Shown one piece after another: positions 26,576 to 40,392 of a DNA stretch of 64,000 bases. The first letter of the stretch is position 1. Every line of letters starts with the position of its first letter. The stretch covers positions 10,416,001 to 10,480,000 of the forward strand of contig NW_026262668.1 in NCBI RefSeq assembly GCF_021869535.1. The letters are read 5' to 3'. The stretch is from Mytilus californianus. Taxonomy: Eukaryota. The position numbers were made by a program, and so were the translations under genes. The notes under the pieces are model-generated. The model was not told the DNA's origin. It saw nothing but the letters and a program-made list of their open reading frames with translations, and ran no database searches.

Positions 26576-29500
26576 TATTGAAAAATAAGTAAATCAAATA
26601 ATTTAATATTCCATATTAGCTTAATAAAGAAATATAAGGACTAAAATACGAATCGTAAAGTTTACAAATAATCAGATGTTACAAAATAATACGATTCTTC
26701 GTTGTCTGCATCTTTAATTGTATTTCCGTTTTAGAATGTCAGTGGAATAAGTTTACGGCAAAATGTCATTAGAAGCATGCTGTTTCCTTTAGTTTATCTC
26801 CGTCATAGGAATTGAAATGCAAAACATGTTTATTTATGGACAATCTTATTAAAGGCCTTTTAAGCATGCATGTAGACTTCTAATTGATTTATTAAGCTGA
26901 GACCATATTTTAAAAATCAAATTTTGGTCATTTAGTTAAAATATGTTAATGGCTTATAGCAAAATAGCAACGTTACTTAAAATAACATCACATAAAAAAT
27001 AGTTAGGAATTGACATGTAACTGAAGGCACAGTCCCACAACGTTGAGTCAGTAAAAATATTTATATGAGAAATTTGAAACAATAAAAAAACCATAAACGT
27101 CAATGGGTAAAATAGGTTAATGATCAAGCATTTTCTTTGAAGTAAAAAGCTTTGGTTTGTTATAAAAACCAAATTAACAGATTTTTTTTTCAGAAAACGT
27201 GTTTAACGGTTTTTTAAGTAAAAGGTTTTATCTTTAAAACTAATTCTATTTCTTTTTTATAAAAAAAAATCCCATCAACATTAAATGCTGATGGTCGACA
27301 ATGAATTTCCTTTTTACGTCCGGTGATGTAGTATCCCTTGAGAAATTGTGTCAACTTTAATCAATTTCATCTTGTTATGTGAGCAATCTCTGCTGTGCCT
27401 TTTGCTATTCAATTATTTTATAGTGTTAGCCAAAACAAACTGTAGTAATGTCCGATGATTGATTGGGGTTTGTTTATAGTCATTGATTTCTATGGAATAG
27501 AGATGGTTATTGAAAATAACAGTTTATTACTATAATTGCAATCTAAACAGATCATTATTTAATATGACATTAATGCTTGAAAATTGCTGATAGAATCTCG
27601 GTTATAGGTCTCATTTGTGGTTTTCAATTTGTTAAAACAAATATTCTAAACTGATGCAATGCGAATCCAAGAGATCAGGAAGCTACAGTTTATTTTCATA
27701 ACATTTTTGTATTATTTTGAATGCAATGAATTATTTTGAAGATAAGGGTAACAAAGTTACAAGTAAGCACCCTTATAGGAGGAATATAGAAGTTTACTCA
27801 AATTATAGTATCAAGTAGCAGCTAGAAGATATCAAAACCAACCATTTTCAAATATATTTGCATACCAGTTAATATTTTCAAAAGCGTACACCAAAATATT
27901 GTGATTGTCTAACAACGTCCTCATCAATGGAAATTCGACAAATGACATGACGTTAATGTAATTTTGGGTACGAATATTGAAATTACACATAGACCAGTAG
28001 ATTCAAAAACGGCGAATTACGGTTTAGAAAATTTACGTCCAACAAACCAATACCAACAAGACATGCCCCTCTATACGATTTTACTACAAATTCGAATACC
28101 TTCTGCATTTGTTATTTATCTGTTTAAGAAACAATTCATTGGGATTGCATTTATATTGATATGATCCTCTATTATAAATATTTTACCACAAACGAAATAT
28201 TATTTAAGTATACGTCAATATTGAAAATAATGGTCCTTCAACATGACTGTGAACATCGCAATTTAGTTTATGATCCCTATGCCTACGGTGGACCTCAACA
28301 TCGTTCAAGACCGAGCTGTTAAACACTTTCTGAAAAGGGACCATCGAAAATAGATTGAAAAGAGTGTCGTCGTATCATTAAATACTCTTTTCCATCCTAT
28401 TGTTAAAATTGATGTAAACAGGAAAAAATCTCCTGATTCTTGTTTTAATAATGTATTAACATTGTGGATATTCGAATATCACTTTTTGAAAATAATTTAG
28501 TCATTTATAGGTAATTACTTATACACCCATTTCGAGCGTTAAAATAACTTCTGGCACTCGCAAAGTGATAGTATAACTTAATATTTCGACGGAAATTCTT
28601 AAGAATGAAATATAAATTATTCTACATTCAGTTCCACGCGATCCGAAGAGAGTCAAATAGTAAACAATCATCATTAGCACACCTCAGTTTAAGGCCTCAT
28701 CTGAACATTCGAATGTTTGTCTGTGGATTGGCTACTTAGCTACACAAAAATAATCCGTCCAATTAAGTTGCATCTCTGCTTCTAGTAAGTGTTCTTAAAC
28801 TTATCTTTCAGTGATTTTTAATAGTTGCCTTACTACGTTCAAATAACTTATTATTTACTTTGTAAAAAAGTATGAGAAAACTATAGAATTATTATCTCTT
28901 TTGGAGTATAATTTTTTTTTCGATATTTTAGATAATTTACGCCGGATTTTGATGGTTCTTTCAATTTGGTTGACAGTTATATGACGTTTCGGCTCTCTGC
29001 ACTACACCTCCATACAATCTTATTTAAAAAGTTTTCATACTTAATAAAATGGTCCTTTATAAAATCTTTTTGCAAATTTATAATTTATAAAACTTTCTTC
29101 TGTAAATAAAAAAATAAAGGTGCTATTAACTTATTGCAAGTGTGGTGCTTTACATTTTCTATTTGACAACACTAACAATAAAGATATGTGATATAAATGC
29201 CAATGAGACAACTATCAACTAGAGTTCAAATGATGTGGATGTAAGAAATTATAGGCCACCTCACGGCCTACAACAATGAGAAAATACCATACCGTACATT
29301 ACAAATTAATACATTTTGCATTTAAGACGATTGAATAATTAAAAAGATTGAACACAAAAAGATTTGCATACCAGTTTATGTACCACGATGTTTGGAGATA
29401 TTAAGTCTGTAATGAATTAGGGGTTTTGCGTTAAAACTAGCGCTTCTCAATTCTATCAGCTGTGTGCGAGTACAATTATTGCTTATTCCTTTGCTACATA

Positions 29501-30694
29501 TCAGTGAAGTAGGATCAGATTGAAAAGCTGAGAAAAGGGGGGACTTCTTAAAGTGACAAGCAAAAAATAACCTATAATCTATATTTCTATCATAATAGTC
29601 TAATAGTCTTGGAATAAGTTAATGTCCCCTTTCGTAGCCACTTTATATTTGAATAACAAAATAAATTGCCAAAAGTGGGGGCCTATAGTTTTGACCCTCA
29701 CCTTTTCAAGTGTGTAATGCGGGTATGGTACCCTTTCCAGGCTCCTACGCCCCTGCATTTATATATATATTCCTCCACACCAAGAAAAAACATATATACG
29801 TACAAACAAACCAAGCCAAACAAAGAAAAATGTTTTCCCTCCTCCCTCCCCATATTGAAAGTGTCTGGGGGGTGGGTAGGGGGAGTGTTACCCTTGTCCC
29901 CGGCCCATACCCCCCAAATAAAAAAAAAAAGAAAGAAAAACATAAACAACAAAAATGTGAATAACAGATTTAAGACATTCAAACTGTAAAAATTAAACGA
30001 CGTATGCAAATAAAATAAGAAAGAGTAATCAGACAAACGTAAATACAACATGTATAAATAGTGTAAAATTCAATAAAATAAAGAATAAAACATATGAATA
30101 CAATGTGGAATAACATGTTATGAAAAAAAATAGATTTAGTCTCGTTTTAAATATTTCAATCCACTTATTTTGGAAATCAATTTTTGTTTTTATTTAATTT
30201 CATGTTCATTACAGTAATGTGATAGTCGTGTAGACCCAAGTATTGATCACGTGACACAATATTTTTTTTCATTTTCTATCCCTATAGTTTATTTGACGTT
30301 AAGACCGATTTTGTGCTATTACAATTCGACTTTAGCAAATTCCTTAAACATGAAGATAAAATGGGAAATCCTCCGTTTTATTTTGAAAGTGGTGTCACAG
30401 CACAACATAAGAAAAAACTGCTGTAATCAGTTGCAATTTGCCGTACTCAATAAATTGGTACGAAGCACAAAAACAACTAACATATAAACAATTGAAGCAA
30501 AGCACCGGTATAAGAGTACTCTCAGCTACTGAAAGCTAATTCAAAGCCAATTACAATTAATAAATACATGTTCTCCCTTACTAAGGTATCAATCAGTACA
30601 AATCCAAAGAATTTAGTGTAAAGACGTCATAAACTGTCTTAAATAGATGATTTTTTATTAGTTGTTATTGGCTTTTTTTATAGTTTGTTCATAT

Positions 30695-31040
30695 GTTGTA
30701 CTGTTACACCACTGTCCCAGATTAGGGGAGGGTTGGGCGCCCGCTAACATGTTTAACACTCTGTATGTGCCTGTCCCAAGTCAGAAGCCTGTAATTCAGT
30801 GGTTGTCGTTTATTGCTGTATATCATATTTGTATTTCGTTCATTGCCAGGCCGTTAGTTTTTTCGTTTGAATTGTTTTACATTTTATCATTTCGGGGCCT
30901 TTTATAAAAGACTATGCTGTTTGGGTTTTGCTCATTGTTGAAGGCCGTACGGTGACCCATACTTGTTAACTTCTTTGTCATTTGGTCTCTGGTGGAGAGT
31001 TGTCTAATTGGCAATTATACCACATCGTCTCATTTCTATA
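30695..31040 (+). repeat. Interspersed repeat R1 (probable PLE 3' tail); other copies at about 1400-1640, 24325-24392, 29185-29300, 31575-31745, 33895-34300, 36055-36412, 42080-42250, 42655-42870, 57880-57935
   Basis: Recurrent agatgtggtatgagtgccaatgagacaact...ggccttcaacaatgag...cctgacttgggacaggcac on both strands. Confidence 0.8.
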
Positions 31041-31429
31041 TTAGAACGCATAATATTGCGCAATGCCAAAATATAAGTAAACTGAATCGACAAGATGTAG
31101 GATTATGAGTTCTTATAATTGTATAGTCATATATAGCAATATATATTTAGCTATGTTTTAATTTTTCAAAATCAACACCAATGTTAGTACCGATAATACA
31201 GTACTAGTATGTAAAGTTTTCGCCACTGAGTTAAATTGATAACCTTTAAGAATAACCGTATCCAAGGGGACAATTAGTTTATATGGCTTTGGTATAAATT
31301 TACGGGCATTGTAAACTACATCACCATACAAATTAGGATGTGATACCCCGATTTTGATAAGAACTCTACAGGTACAACCAAACTTTCATTGTATTTATGA
31401 GAGAATTTTGTAAAGGAGAGGCAAAAGAT

Positions 31430-32506
31430 GCCAAAGGAATATCCAAAGTCATAAGTCGAAAATAAACTGACAACGCAAAGGCGAAAAAAGAAAAGGACCA
31501 AAAAAAAAACAAACAACAGTTAACAAAACACAACTCAGAAAACTAAAGACTAAGCAACATAAACACAAATATGAAAATAAGGAGATGTGGTAAAATTGCC
31601 AATGAGACAACTATCAACCAAAGTTCAAATGAAGTGGATGAAAGCAATTATAGGCAACCGTACGGTCTTCAACAATGAGAAAAACCCATACCGTATAGTC
31701 GACTATAAAAGGCCCAACATGAAAAAAACAATTCAATTGAGAAAACTAAGGAACCCCATCAAAAACCGGGGGGTGATCCGGAAAAAAAACTAGATCCTGC
31801 TCCACATGTGGACCCGTCGTGTTGCTCATGAAAGAACAAATCCGGTTATAAGTCTAATTCGGTAGGTCACATTAGGGAGAAAGAGGACCGGATTGTGGTT
31901 CCGACGATTAGATCATATCCGTCGTCATCTGTGAAACAAGTATATACCAACTCGTGATGGCGTCCGTAACATTTTCGAAGGGATGATTTCAACTTCACCA
32001 CTTGGAACTCTTGGTTTAATAGCTTTGAGCAGCAATCCTCTATCAAGGAAATCATGATAGGAAATATAAGTCCTGGAATATTGTATCAACTGGGTGATAT
32101 ATACTCCATATGCAGGCGCTGCTGGAATGTTGCTATATATAAATGGAAAGTTCACAATTGGGAAGCTGATATCATATCTTTTGTCGTAAAGTTTTGTTCT
32201 CAACCGATCCTAATTGTCAATTTCTAGATGTAAGTTAAGATGTGAGGCAGACTTAACTGTATCTGTTGTATCCTTTATTTCAAGTTCGATGAGATAGATG
32301 CATTCAACATAGTCACCAAATTGTGAAATATTTAGAGAGAGGACATTATATATATATAGCGGATAATGAAGTTGAAGAATAATACTAGCTTCTTATCATT
32401 ATTCATTTTTTGTTTAAAAGCAGCCTCGTATGAATAAAGGAAAAGTCGGTAAGAAGAGGAACACAGTTGGTTCCCATGAGAATGCCGATTGTTTGTTGAA
32501 AAACAC
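31430..32506 (-). mobile_element. PLE family 1, 5'-truncated, with R1 nested in its tail
   Basis: ORFs 31925-32203 and 31867-32055 give LYDKRYDISFPIVNFP, PAYGVYI and QEFQVVKLKSSLRK. Confidence 0.88.
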
Positions 32507-33240
32507 ATTAATTTGTGGTAACGAAACCCCTGACTTAATAGTTTACCAGTTAGACACAGGTTAATTGAAATAAAAAACGCGACTACAGACACGGACATAG
32601 CGATCAATGTGATAATTTACACACCGTAAGAAGGGTGAAAGGAATATCACCGTCCAAAGAGAGAAAATTAACAATCGGAAACGAAAAATCGTCTCTTTTG
32701 TCGTAATTTTTAGTATAGAGTGTCTTGTGTGAAGCTGACAATTATTGCTGTTTGTATTACATTTATTCAAAGTTAGTTCCTATTGGTAAAGTTCCGCAGT
32801 AAAAGTAGAAACTTCTTTATTATTCAAAGTAGAAATATATCATCAAGGTAACAGTAAGGTTTTTTTTTTAAATTCATCAATTAAATGTAGTTTAGACGGA
32901 TCTTTACTGAGTTTGGGTATATTCTGTGATTGATAAAGGGGCACAGTTGGTGCCCATAGGATTAACTACAACCCGGCGATGAACTTTATTGCCGAAACGT
33001 ACATAGATGTTGTAAAGGAGAAAATTTAAGGCTTTAATCATCTCATCACATTTCCAGTAAGTATATCTAGCATACTTCCATTTATCATTACAGAAGAAAG
33101 CTTTATATGAGTTGCCGCTAATAAATCCGTAACCAGATTGGTTTCGGCAAGGTTATAAGTATTCCGTTGGGCGTTAAATCATCAAGAATTCTCAAAATTT
33201 ACTTGTCCTTGAAATTGGTTATCGTCTTTTGATGTTCGTT
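32507..33240 (-). mobile_element. PLE family 2 (DGD-type thumb) RT fragment
   Basis: The - strand gives NFLLYNIYVRFGNKV...PMGTNCAPL, YLDDIF, YDKRDDFSFPIVNF..DGDIP and LTGKLLSQGFRYHKL. Confidence 0.8.
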
Positions 33241-33386
33241 GTCTCAGTTATTGTTATATTGTCCCTATTGTTTGATTTTTAACATATTTTATTAATTATT
33301 AACTGTTTATTATGTTTAAGTGTGTAGGCAATTAATCAACATTTATTCGAGTACCTTGAGACATGTAAATATCCTTTATAAGTCAT

Positions 33387-33880
33387 TAGATAAAGGCAAC
33401 AGTAGTATACCGGTGTTCAAAAGTCATAAATCGATTGAGAGAAAACAAATCCGGGTTACAAACTAAAACCGAGGGAAACACATCAACTATAAGAGGAACA
33501 CTGAAGTGCAACAAAAACAAACGCCAATATACATAGAAACGAACTATTTGATAACAACTGCCATATTCCTGACTTGGTACAGGACGTTTTAAGAAAAAAT
33601 GGTGGGTTGAACCTGATTTTATGGCTAGCCAAACCTCCCGCCAAACAGTGACGCACTTACGTAACGAAAATGCAATCTCGAACTTTATACAATTAATTTC
33701 ACAATACCAATCCAAACAATTTTCATGACAATGATGGTATTGAAAGGCTATTTTATAATTATTTGGACTACAAACGATAGGACATAACACATTATCCATA
33801 ACAGAAACATAAAAAATAAATACATGAATGTTGGAAGTACAAAATACCGAGACACGTCGTATAGCAAGAAATATATATAT
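33387..33880 (-). repeat. PLE family 4 3' tail
   Basis: Reverse complement of 51620-52287 at high identity. Confidence 0.9.
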
Positions 33881-36800
33881 AAGGTTTGTAAGAAGATATA
33901 AGAAGATGTGGTATGAGTGCCAATGAGACAACTCTCCATCCAAGTCACAATTTTTAAAAGTAAACCATTATAGGTCAAAGTACGGCGTTCAACACAGAGC
34001 CTTGTCTCACACCAAACAGCAAGCTATAAAGGGCCCCAAAAATGACTCGTGTAAAACCATTCAAACAGGAAAACCAACGGTCTAATCTATATAAGAAACG
34101 AGAAACGAGAAACACTTATGAACCACATCAACAAACGACAACCACTGAACATCAGAATCCTGACTTAGGACAGGTGCAAACAAATGCAGCGGGTTTAAAC
34201 GTTTTAATAGGCGCCAGACTTCACCCTACCTGAAACAATATTGTAACATCACAACATAGAAAGACACACTATAAAATATCAATTGAAATAGCTAAACTCA
34301 ATCAAAAGACATATTAACAAAAACAAGAGTAAACATACAGAGAAACTAAGTGTACTTAGTGGAATTATTAAAATAATGTTGGAAAACAAGGAAAGAAATG
34401 AAACACTTAATAAAAAGAAAAAAGAAAATTAAATTAAGAAAGAAAAAAAAAAGAAAACAAAAATTGTTTTTAAAACAAAACGCTTTGTGTCGCTGATATA
34501 TTTCTGTACAGATTAGAAAAAAGCAATATTTATATCATACGAAAATCTGTTTCCAAAAAGTGATAAGTCAATATTCATGTCAACATTATCATCAACATTA
34601 GAGTAAATGGAATTAAGTCAGATCTGTCTTACATCATTGTATGCTGGTTATCCTCAACAGGGTGATTACAGTTTGAAAAAAATAGTGTTTTCTGATAAAA
34701 ATTGATCAAGCAAATAAGATTTTAGGTTGCTAGCATTATTTGTCAGTTGAAAATGACTGATAGTATATTATATATTATATTGTCCCTAGTGTGGACAGTG
34801 TATTACTTGCACAACGTATTTTTTTTTCATTCACTGTCCGCATTTATTTCCTGATGTTTAATGCATAATTAGCAAGACGGGGATGTTATTACGTTGTAAA
34901 CAAATTTGGTTCGTGAATTTTAAGGTAGAGAAGTGATTTTCTCCAGTTGAAAAAGGTAAAAAATGAGTACGCCCGAAGCTGTCAAACTGAATTCAAGACC
35001 CCTTAACAAAAACTTTCCATAATTTGTTTAAGCTGATAAATTTTTCTATATTACTGATATGATTTGTCACAAAAGTAATTCACTACACTGAAAAAATCTC
35101 ATTGAGAAAAGTTTGCTTTTAATATTCATATATTGTTCTAAAGATACGCACTACGAAATAACTGTATTCTCGGGGCCTACTGCCGAAATTTATCCTAGGG
35201 AATTACTTTAAATACATATTACATGAACAGAAATAACTGTCGTTTCCTAGATTAAGTTATTTCAGCTGCACAGCGGAAACTCCGTACAAAAATTTACCAC
35301 AAAAGGGCCGATTTTTTCGCTTCTTAATGTTAACCTTGCTTTTTTGGATGGTGCGGTTTCATTGGTCCAATCTTATAGTGTTTATATATTCACTGGGTCA
35401 CTATGCTCGTATCTGAAGTGACGTGATACGTTTCAATTAACGTGATCTATGTATCGCTTGTAAATGATTAAGTTAGGGATTTCGTATAGCCATTACTTTT
35501 ACCAAATCATTTCATAGATGATAAGATTTGATTACTAAGTTTGCCTGTACTTGTACACAATATTTTACAAACGGTATATCCGATCCTCATTTTATACGAT
35601 CCATGTAGACTTTTTTACAAATTTGAATACAGTTTTTCTAAAAGGTTATCAATTTAACACTGTGATAAGATCTTTGAGTATTGTTCTATCGGTAATAACA
35701 TTGGTTTTGTTATAATAATTTAAAACAATACTAAATTTGTATTCATATGTATTTATGAACACTTACGGTCCTACATATTATCGATGATTATATTTTGGCA
35801 TTGCACAGGATCATGCTTTTCCCTGACTGCCGAACAAAGACTTTACACTAATCCATTGGATTGTATTGATTGACAATTTAGTCTTGAAAGCATCATTTGT
35901 AATTGGCTTTGAACAAGCTTTCAGTAACTGCAAGTACTCTCCGATTTGCACTTTGCGTCCGAAGTCATTAAGTTTTATGTTTTTTTGCATTGTGCGTCGA
36001 TCTGTTGAATGAAGCCGTTTCAACTGCTTTTTACTTTTTGCTCTTATTATGTGATGTAACACCACTGTCCCAGGTTAGGGGATGGTTAAGCGCTTGCAAA
36101 TTGTTTAACCTCGCTACATTCTGTATGTGCCTGTCCCAAGCCAGAAGCCTGTAATTCAGCGCTTGTCGTTAGTCGCTGTCTATCATATCTGTTTTTTGTT
36201 TAAATAAGACCGTTGATTTGTTTGTTTGAATTGTTTAACGGTACATTCTTTCACGTCGATGACTTTTATAGTTTACTATACTGTATAGGTTTTGCTCACA
36301 GTTAAAGGCCATACGACGACCTACAGTTGTTAGTTTCTACGTCATTTAGGCTCTGGTGAAAAAAAATTTCACCAAGTTATCTCGTGGTAAATAATACCAC
36401 ATCTCCTTATATTCATATGTATAACAGACATCAAAGAACACGAACACACTTAAAAAAACAAACAAAACAAAATTTAAAAAAAGTCATGTGAAAAAGTTTT
36501 ATGTTCGTAGTCATATGAATCAGTGACGGCCATCAATTAAATTTTTTTTGAGTAAAAACAAGTAAAGACTTTTAAATGATTTAGAATAAATAAATGAATA
36601 CATGAACCATGTTTTGTTACTGTCTCATTGATGCTTACCCAACATTTCCTCTTATTCATATACGAATTGTTGAAACTGATTCTAAAAGAGAATGACTGTA
36701 GCGATAATATTAAAGCTTTAGAAAGCAAACGCATCACATGTTTGGTCTTAATCGGGTCTCGACCTTTCTATGATGTATAGTGCAATTGACAGTAATTAAT

Positions 36801-38395
36801 GGTTGATCTAAACTTTGAAAGGCGAAAAATCGACCGAAGCTAGGTCTGAAAATCTAAAACCTCATTACATGTAATAAATGAAAAATTCGCTGTTTTGAAT
36901 TATCTTCACTATACGCATGAAGATGTGACAAACGCTTGTTAAATACTAAAAATTAAACACAAATTACATCTTTTTTCATTGACTGGAAACATTTTATTTT
37001 AACAAACCAAAGCACAAGAGTATGTGATGCGGACAATTATGAAGAAGTTATGTCTGGTTTAAATTTCCGTACATGCATAAGAATAAAACTTAATCCAATA
37101 TGAAGCAAACGTTATGCAATAAATTTCATGGAAAAGGTGAATCACTGTTGTTTAAGACAAAGTTTTATTTTTGTTTTGCTATTAGAAAAGGATTATTTTA
37201 AATGATTGTTTTAATGTTTTTGATTGACATGCTTTTAATCTGTTAGCTAGCATATTGAAGTCACGGAATAATTACAAGCATAACAATTCGATGCTGTCTA
37301 GAAAAATTTTGAATATTGATTGAGAAAAGGGAAAACAGTAAATGAATGAGCAGGCAGACAAGAGTAGAATAAAAATAAAGATGGCTGCTCTGCAAATTGG
37401 AAAAGTGCACTGCTAGATAAAGAACAAATTCAAAGAAAAATCAGTGCAAAAGATTTTTTTCATTTAAGGGGTTGTAATGGTATGGTGCTTCCAATCCGAA
37501 TCTTCTTTCCCAACAAACATAATCCACAACTAAAGAAATTACTTTTAAGGTGATTTGTATCACTTCCAAACAAAATAAAACCCCGATGTATTCACTTTAT
37601 TGATGGAAATAGTCAATTAAGATAACATCTTTTTCGTAGTTATAAGTTGCTTGACGAGTCCCTGAACTCTGAAAGCAATATTATGGACATTGATATTTTT
37701 TTACTCTGAGAACACAGATACTAACGAAATGTGTGAATACAATCTTATTAAATGGATACAAAGAGAGAAAAGTATATGCTCTGATTTCAAATTCTTTAAG
37801 CTATCTTGTGTAGTGATGTTATAAAACAAGAATAAAAACTTGAATTAAATATTTGAAACATTGATAATTAAATGTGCCAATATGATGGAAGACATCAAAA
37901 GACATAAAAAATTATACATTGACTGTAAAATTACTAGTTTCACGAAAATATGGCTGAAATGGAGTTTACATGTCAAGTTGAATGTGCCTTAATGTACCTT
38001 ATGTTGTTACACTGGTCGATATTAAGAGGAAGGTTGAAATCTCTTAAACCTATTTTTACACCACAACACGTTTATATGTCTGTTCAAAGCTAGGAACAGT
38101 GTTATTTGTAATCTTTCATTGTATACAAATGTAGTTTTTTGTTCATTTGAAAATATTTACCATATCTTTCTATATTTACGATGAAAGGTCGTACTTGCTA
38201 CCAACAAAATAATTACTGAGTTGATAAAGAGTCATAAATCTACCCTACGTTTATGGACCATATGTGTAAGAATTATCGATTAAGAACAGTATACTTTGTA
38301 ATAAGACAATCACTTATTTGAAAGGAGACATAAACATATCAATACCAATATTGCTACCAAGAGTATGATTAATAATTGATAACAACAGTACCAAT

Positions 38396-38398
<3 letters not shown>

Positions 38399-38426
<28 letters not shown>
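38399..38426. repeat. (GA)14 microsatellite
   Basis: Read directly. Confidence 0.95.
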
Positions 38427-38429
<3 letters not shown>

Positions 38430-39475
38430 TCAATACAATTTTGAGGTGTGTAGTGCTTGTTGTTAACCAGTAGAACCTTTGAAATAATTACAGTCAAACC
38501 GGTATATAACGGTCATTGTTGGGACTACATAAGGTCGACATAATGCATAGGTATAACTACAGCGGGTAAATAAGAAGGTGATCTACCAAGAAAGGTTTTT
38601 TGCTAATAAGAGGTGATTTTTTAGCAGGTTTGACTGTACTTTAATGGTATTAACTCTGTTGTCTGATGTTTATTTAGATTTTAAAAGTTGACCAGAAGGG
38701 AGGTAAATATTATTATGCAATATTACGGTTATATAAAATGTTGACTTTCCATACCATTACACCATCGTTTCATTAAAATTGCATTTTCTATGCCATAAAT
38801 CTGTTTCATAAATAATTGATTAAAGATGGAGGATACTATAATATAAGTGGTCTAAATGAAAATATCAAAACCGACAGATATTAATGCTTTCAGAAAAAAA
38901 TATCAATATAATTATGTTGATTACTGAGTGAGAAAGATTAGGAGATCTTTAATAAGTTTGTATTATTTTGAAAGAGTGCTGAAACTGGTTGCATAATCAC
39001 CTCATTCTTCAAATTATTATGAATTGTAAATTGCATGTTATAACATCCATCACAGCATTTTGATTTTACATTTTCTGACATGCTTTGATTGCACATCAAT
39101 TTAGGAAATACTCTCACGCACAAAATGCAATTTTGTATTTGACTTAATATTATTTTCTCCTTAATACAAATTATGTTCCGATGAATGGTTTGCAATGCTT
39201 CTTAAACGAATGAACACATTATAATAGATTACAAACGAAGATCAATTTTGTACAGAAAGTTTTGTTTTCTTTGAATACTAATTTTCATATGCATCATGCA
39301 AGCTATTGGTTTATCTGACCTCATTTAATGAGTGCATAAAGACGAATACAATTTACATCTATCCTCTCATATATTTGTTTATAACATTAAAAGTACACCA
39401 TAACTTCAAAGGACTGAGAAAGGTATGCTGTGTCTGTGCCTGTCCCAGGTCAGAAATATTGCGAGTGATTGTTTA

Positions 39476-40392
39476 ACTTACTTATTTAATCCTCTTTATG
39501 TTCTTGAACATACAAGGCATCAACAAATGACCTCCAACTTGTTCTATCTTTCGCGATTTTCTCTATCTGATTCCAGGTATAATCATGTCTTTTTATCACT
39601 GCTGTTATATCTCTTCTCCATGAGCCTTTAGGTCTTCCTGGCTTTCTTGTCCCTTGGGGTGTCCATGTCAGCACTTTTTTCACATGCCATTGTTATCCAT
39701 TCTCAATATATGTCCAATATATTTCCACCGCCTTCTCATGATCTCATTTACTATATTCATCACACCTGTTCTTTCTGATAGTTCACTGTTTGAAATTACA
39801 TTTGGGCATATAATGTTAAATATTCGTCTCACACAGCGTCCTTCAAATCCTCTAATTCGACTTTCTAATTGTTTAGTTGTTTTCCATGTTTCTGAACCGT
39901 AAAGCAGAACTGATCTAACATTGCTCACATACAATCTAATCCTGGTCTTTCTAGAAATTCTGTTGTTTATCCATATGATGTTCAGGATCTTGAATGCAGC
40001 AGCTGCTTTACCAATACGGATGTTGACTTCTTCTTCAATATTTCCTCAGCAAAGTCCATGTCCTCCAAAACATGTAGTTAGTCCCCACTGTATGCCATGA
40101 TTTTCAGTTGTTGCCTTCTTCATTACCCAGTCAACCACCAATATACAGAGCAAAGGATATATTATTCATCCCTGTCTTACTCCAGATGTTATTAAAAACC
40201 AGTTTGATAGTTTTCCATCATGTCTGACTGCACATCTAAAACCATCATACATATCCATAATGATGTTAATTATTTTCTGTGGAATTCCATACATACTCAT
40301 GATGTACCAAAGTGACTCTTTATTGGCGCTATCAAATGCTTTCTTAAAGTCCACATACTTTATATATATAGATGATCTCCATTCTAGTGTCT
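39476..40392 (-). mobile_element. RTE-clade LINE, 5'-truncated RT fragment with internal deletion
   Basis: VDFKKAFDS, GVRQG, LEDMDFA| (deletion), LLYGSETW, GRPKGSWRR, and 3' end GATTAAATAAGTAAGT. Present only in duplication unit 1. Confidence 0.9.

Noticed and set aside
28357-28392. 9-bp inverted repeat resembling a terminator
   Set aside because: Expected by chance in 64 kb of AT-rich DNA, and there is no prokaryotic context.
29666-30051. Three overlapping ORFs of 84-117 aa
   Set aside because: Low-complexity A-rich and GC-tract DNA with no recognisable domain.
33386-33943. 185-aa ORF
   Set aside because: It is an incidental translation of PLE tail and R1 repeat sequence; the same words occur in ORFs at 21724 and 51936.
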